DNA from: Chamaesiphon sp.
Lineage (GTDB): Bacteria; Cyanobacteriota; Cyanobacteriia; Cyanobacteriales; Chamaesiphonaceae
Length of the DNA: 64,000 bases
Assembly (NCBI GenBank): GCA_965246715.1
Contig: CBDFFH010000027.1
Coordinates: 128,001-192,000 of the forward strand
Direction of reading: 5' to 3'
Positions 61,123-64,000 of the stretch are shown in pieces (position 1 is the stretch's first letter; every line of letters starts with the position of its first letter). Position numbers and translations under genes: made by a program. The notes beneath the pieces are model-generated. The model saw only the letters and a program-made list of their open reading frames with translations, ran no database searches and was not told the origin of the DNA.

Positions 61123-63315
61123 ATGTCAAATCAAAAGTTAGTACTTGAAGAAGTGTCTCAAAGAATGGGAATCGAGCTGCCAAAATCTGGCGATTTATCC
61201 CAAGAATCTCAAACTAAACCTGCTAGTGCGGCAGACCTAGAAGAAGACTCGCAGCCGCCAGAGAAAAATCCAAAACTTCAGATCTTATTAATAGGATTGG
61301 CACTATTTAGTACTTTAGGTGTTGGAACTATGCTCTTACTGTGGGGTCTAGGCAGTGCCACAAATCAGCAAGTTACCAAAAAACCGGATTCTCTAGATAA
61401 TAGCGAACAAGCTGTTAAATCGACTTCCGAACAGCAAAAAGAAGTTGCCGATTTGAAAACTAAGCTGGTGATGGAACAGCAAAAAGCCGATGCAGCACGA
61501 GTCGCTGGAGAGCGAGCGAAAGCTTCACCGCCAAGTCCAGCCCCAACTCCTAGCTCTCCTCCATTGGCAACTCCTCCGGCTGCGACCATAGCAAATAAAC
61601 CGATCGACAAAATGCAGTCTTCAGACCGAGATAAGGCTCTACTAGCTTCTCTGCAACAACAGAAACAGCAGGAACTAACCCAGCTAACATCCCTGCGTCA
61701 GTCGCGGCAACAGGAAACATCCCAACTGGCATCACTGCGCCAATCTCTCCAGCAAGAGAGATCCCAGTTATTAGCAGCTCGATCCGAAACAGCCAACGAG
61801 CGACAAAAGCAAGCTACACTCCGCAGTCAGCGAAATGGAAACTTAGCAAAGACTTTTACGCCACAACCCGCAAGAGTCGTCCAGAGAAACACGATTGTTG
61901 CCAAAACTCAGCCATCCACAATACCCCAAACTGTCGCCCCAAAAAAACCAATCGTTGCTAAAGCTCAAACACCCAAGATTATCCAGCCCACAGTTACCGC
62001 TAATCGGCCTACAGTCCCCCAACAACCCAGGCTTGATTGGGAGCAAGCATCGAGCCTAGCTAATTATGGTGGTATTTCTACTCCTAACGATGCACCCACC
62101 AAGCAAAATCAACCACTCACGCTTGCTGGAGGCAATGCCATGTCACCGATTCTCCGTTTACCAGTCGGGGAGGTAGTCTCAGGGAAACTGGTTACACCGT
62201 TTTACACATCGATCGGCAATGGGGAAGGGATATCTCAAAATTCTACTAAAGCCCTAGCAACAGTGACGATCGACAAAGCGATCGAGGTTGGCTCCGGTTG
62301 GCACTTACCAGTCGGTACGGCGATCGAATTTGAGTTACAGATTGCCGATAACGGGATGATTCAGGCAATATCGAAAAAAGTTACTTACGGCAATACTCAG
62401 ATCGATATTCCTGCTGGAGCCTTTGCAATTACTGGTAACGACAACCAGCCTCTATTCGCTCAAATCAAAGAGGTTAATGGATCGCAGCTTGCCGCAGCCG
62501 ACACCCGCGCCGCTATCTTCGGAGGCGCGGCTGAAATTGGTAACGTTCTAATTAACAGCGGCAATAGCAGTTCTGTGAGCGTCGGAGTCGGCACGACGAT
62601 CGCCACTCAAAATAACGGTAGTCCCAATATTTTAGGTGCCGTATTTAAAGGTGCGTTTAGCCCGCAAGCTCAAGCTGAAGTCAACCGCGCAAACAGTCTG
62701 GCTAACAAATTACAGAAAATGAGCAAAGTGGGCTACTTGCTGCCTGGTACGCCCATGCGCGTATATGTCGCTCAAGCTGCAACATTCCAAATCCCGATCG
62801 ATAACAACAACACACCTCAAACTTCGAGTTCAACCCAAAATTATCCACCCACCCCAGCAGCAAAAGTCGCTCGTTTGGACGCTTCAGCCACTTCTTTAAT
62901 TGTAGAAACACCACCAAATCCGATGTCTACTCAATCTGTCATTAATTCCAGCGGCTCGGATGTCGTTGCACCCAGTCCTTTCTATTCTGCTCCAATTCAG
63001 CCAGCAACCTCTCAGCCTCCAGCCCTCACCAACCCTATTTACAGCACTACCCCAGCTCAACCAACTTCTCAGCCTCCAGCGATCGACCGTAATTACACTA
63101 CCGCTCCAACTGAGCTTCCAAAAACTCCAACCCAGCCAGCAACCCCTCCGCCTCCAAGCACCAGTCCCGATTTCACGACTACTCCAACTCAACCCCCAGG
63201 AACTCCAGATCTGCCAGTAATTTCACAACCGCCAATTCTCAACCCCAATTATCCGTCCGCGCCAACTCAACCCATGACAGTACAGACTACCCAAGGTGAT
63301 TATGTTATTAAATAA
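61123..63315 (+). CDS. VirB10/TrbI-like protein with a Pro/Thr-rich tail
   Basis: TM helix, coiled coil, GKLVTP...LPVGT...LLPGTPMRVYV. Confidence 0.65.
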   Translation: MSNQKLVLEEVSQRMGIELPKSGDLSQESQTKPASAADLEEDSQPPEKNPKLQILLIGLALFSTLGVGTMLLLWGLGSATNQQVTKKPDSLDNSEQAVKSTSEQQKEVADLKTKLVMEQQKADAARVAGERAKASPPSPAPTPSSPPLATPPAATIANKPIDKMQSSDRDKALLASLQQQKQQELTQLTSLRQSRQQETSQLASLRQSLQQERSQLLAARSETANERQKQATLRSQRNGNLAKTFTPQPARVVQRNTIVAKTQPSTIPQTVAPKKPIVAKAQTPKIIQPTVTANRPTVPQQPRLDWEQASSLANYGGISTPNDAPTKQNQPLTLAGGNAMSPILRLPVGEVVSGKLVTPFYTSIGNGEGISQNSTKALATVTIDKAIEVGSGWHLPVGTAIEFELQIADNGMIQAISKKVTYGNTQIDIPAGAFAITGNDNQPLFAQIKEVNGSQLAAADTRAAIFGGAAEIGNVLINSGNSSSVSVGVGTTIATQNNGSPNILGAVFKGAFSPQAQAEVNRANSLANKLQKMSKVGYLLPGTPMRVYVAQAATFQIPIDNNNTPQTSSSTQNYPPTPAAKVARLDASATSLIVETPPNPMSTQSVINSSGSDVVAPSPFYSAPIQPATSQPPALTNPIYSTTPAQPTSQPPAIDRNYTTAPTELPKTPTQPATPPPPSTSPDFTTTPTQPPGTPDLPVISQPPILNPNYPSAPTQPMTVQTTQGDYVIK

Positions 63316-63832
63316 AATTCCACTTTTAGTACTACTTTCATTTCTACTTTCTAGTCTTCCTGCTAGGGCTGGTACGGTGTCGCTACAAAGAGAACGTGTA
63401 ATTGCCAATGTATCGGAAAACACCGGACAGCTACTCGATTGGTCGGCAACCGATCGCCGAATCGAGCGGATATTTTTTGACAATCCCGAACGTTTCCGCG
63501 ATTCATTTGTAATTACTACCGATGGTTGCACTAACAATAAATGTGTCAATGCTTCTCTGTTAAATATTAGTGCCCGTCCTAGCGGTCGTTATGTGGATGG
63601 TTCGCTCAAAGTGATCCTCAACGATCGTTCGGGCAGAAAGCGTGTTTTGACGGTGAATGTAGTCAAAGTCAAGCAGGTTGATGATAGCGTGATGACATTT
63701 TCACCTGTTGCAATTCTCAGCCAACCAAGCTATCGCTCCTCCGTTGGAGGGGCTACGCCAACGACAGGATTTTACAACAGAGAGCGAGTTGGTTATCCTA
63801 GCTCCAATCGCAAAAGTAGTAATAAACTCTAA
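63296..63832 (+). CDS. Secreted hypothetical protein of the tra cluster
   Basis: Signal peptide ending ARA; IERIFFDNP. Confidence 0.6.
   Translation: MIMLLNKIPLLVLLSFLLSSLPARAGTVSLQRERVIANVSENTGQLLDWSATDRRIERIFFDNPERFRDSFVITTDGCTNNKCVNASLLNISARPSGRYVDGSLKVILNDRSGRKRVLTVNVVKVKQVDDSVMTFSPVAILSQPSYRSSVGGATPTTGFYNRERVGYPSSNRKSSNKL
63738..63761 (+). repeat. Double-hairpin element, 24 nt, in frame
   Basis: CGCT[CCTCC gtt GGAGG GGC tac GCC AA]CG. Confidence 0.85.
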
Positions 63833-63837
63833 TCCAA

Positions 63838-63987
63838 ATGAACCGAAGAAATTGGCGAGAGATCCAACTCTTTACTCTTCAAGCGATCGTAATAATCACA
63901 TTCATGGGTGCTTTATTTGGAGTAATGTCTGGGCTGTATGGGGGACTGCGCTACTTCAAACCTAATTATCAACAACAAGCTAAATAA
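63838..63987 (+). CDS. 49-aa single-TM protein
   Basis: MNRRNWREIQLFTLQAIVIITFMGALFGV...; abuts the next ATG at 63988. Confidence 0.5.
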   Translation: MNRRNWREIQLFTLQAIVIITFMGALFGVMSGLYGGLRYFKPNYQQQAK

Positions 63988-64000
63988 ATGATGCAAAGTC

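Overview
Cyanobacterial accessory DNA. CGATCG is very frequent, both as HIP1 (GCGATCGC) and as TCGATCGA, which suggests Chamaesiphon. Left half (1-32 kb): a paralog-rich redox/detox island (NmrA, SDR, MDR, alpha/beta-hydrolases, cupins, MFS, three AraC paralogs) plus darTG, a MITE and an orphan attI-cassette-attC unit. Centre: a tyrosine integrase and the 3' half of tRNA-Pro(GGG), flanked by a 124-bp inverted pair of att arms. Right half (33.7-64 kb): plasmid/ICE-like cargo, including a RES toxin-antitoxin pair, topA, a decayed integron with three cassettes, a TPR-CHAT protease trio, an RqlHI-like RecQ-PRTase/DprA pair and the start of a cyanobacterial T4SS cluster. The most striking signal is 22 copies of a 22-25-nt double-hairpin element (stem1-loop-stem1' GGC-nnn-GCC AA). 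It sits at GAT^CG with no target duplication, its stems covary, and empty sites are visible in paralogs inside this window. All counts and alignments were done by eye; protein calls come from motif recognition, not database searches.
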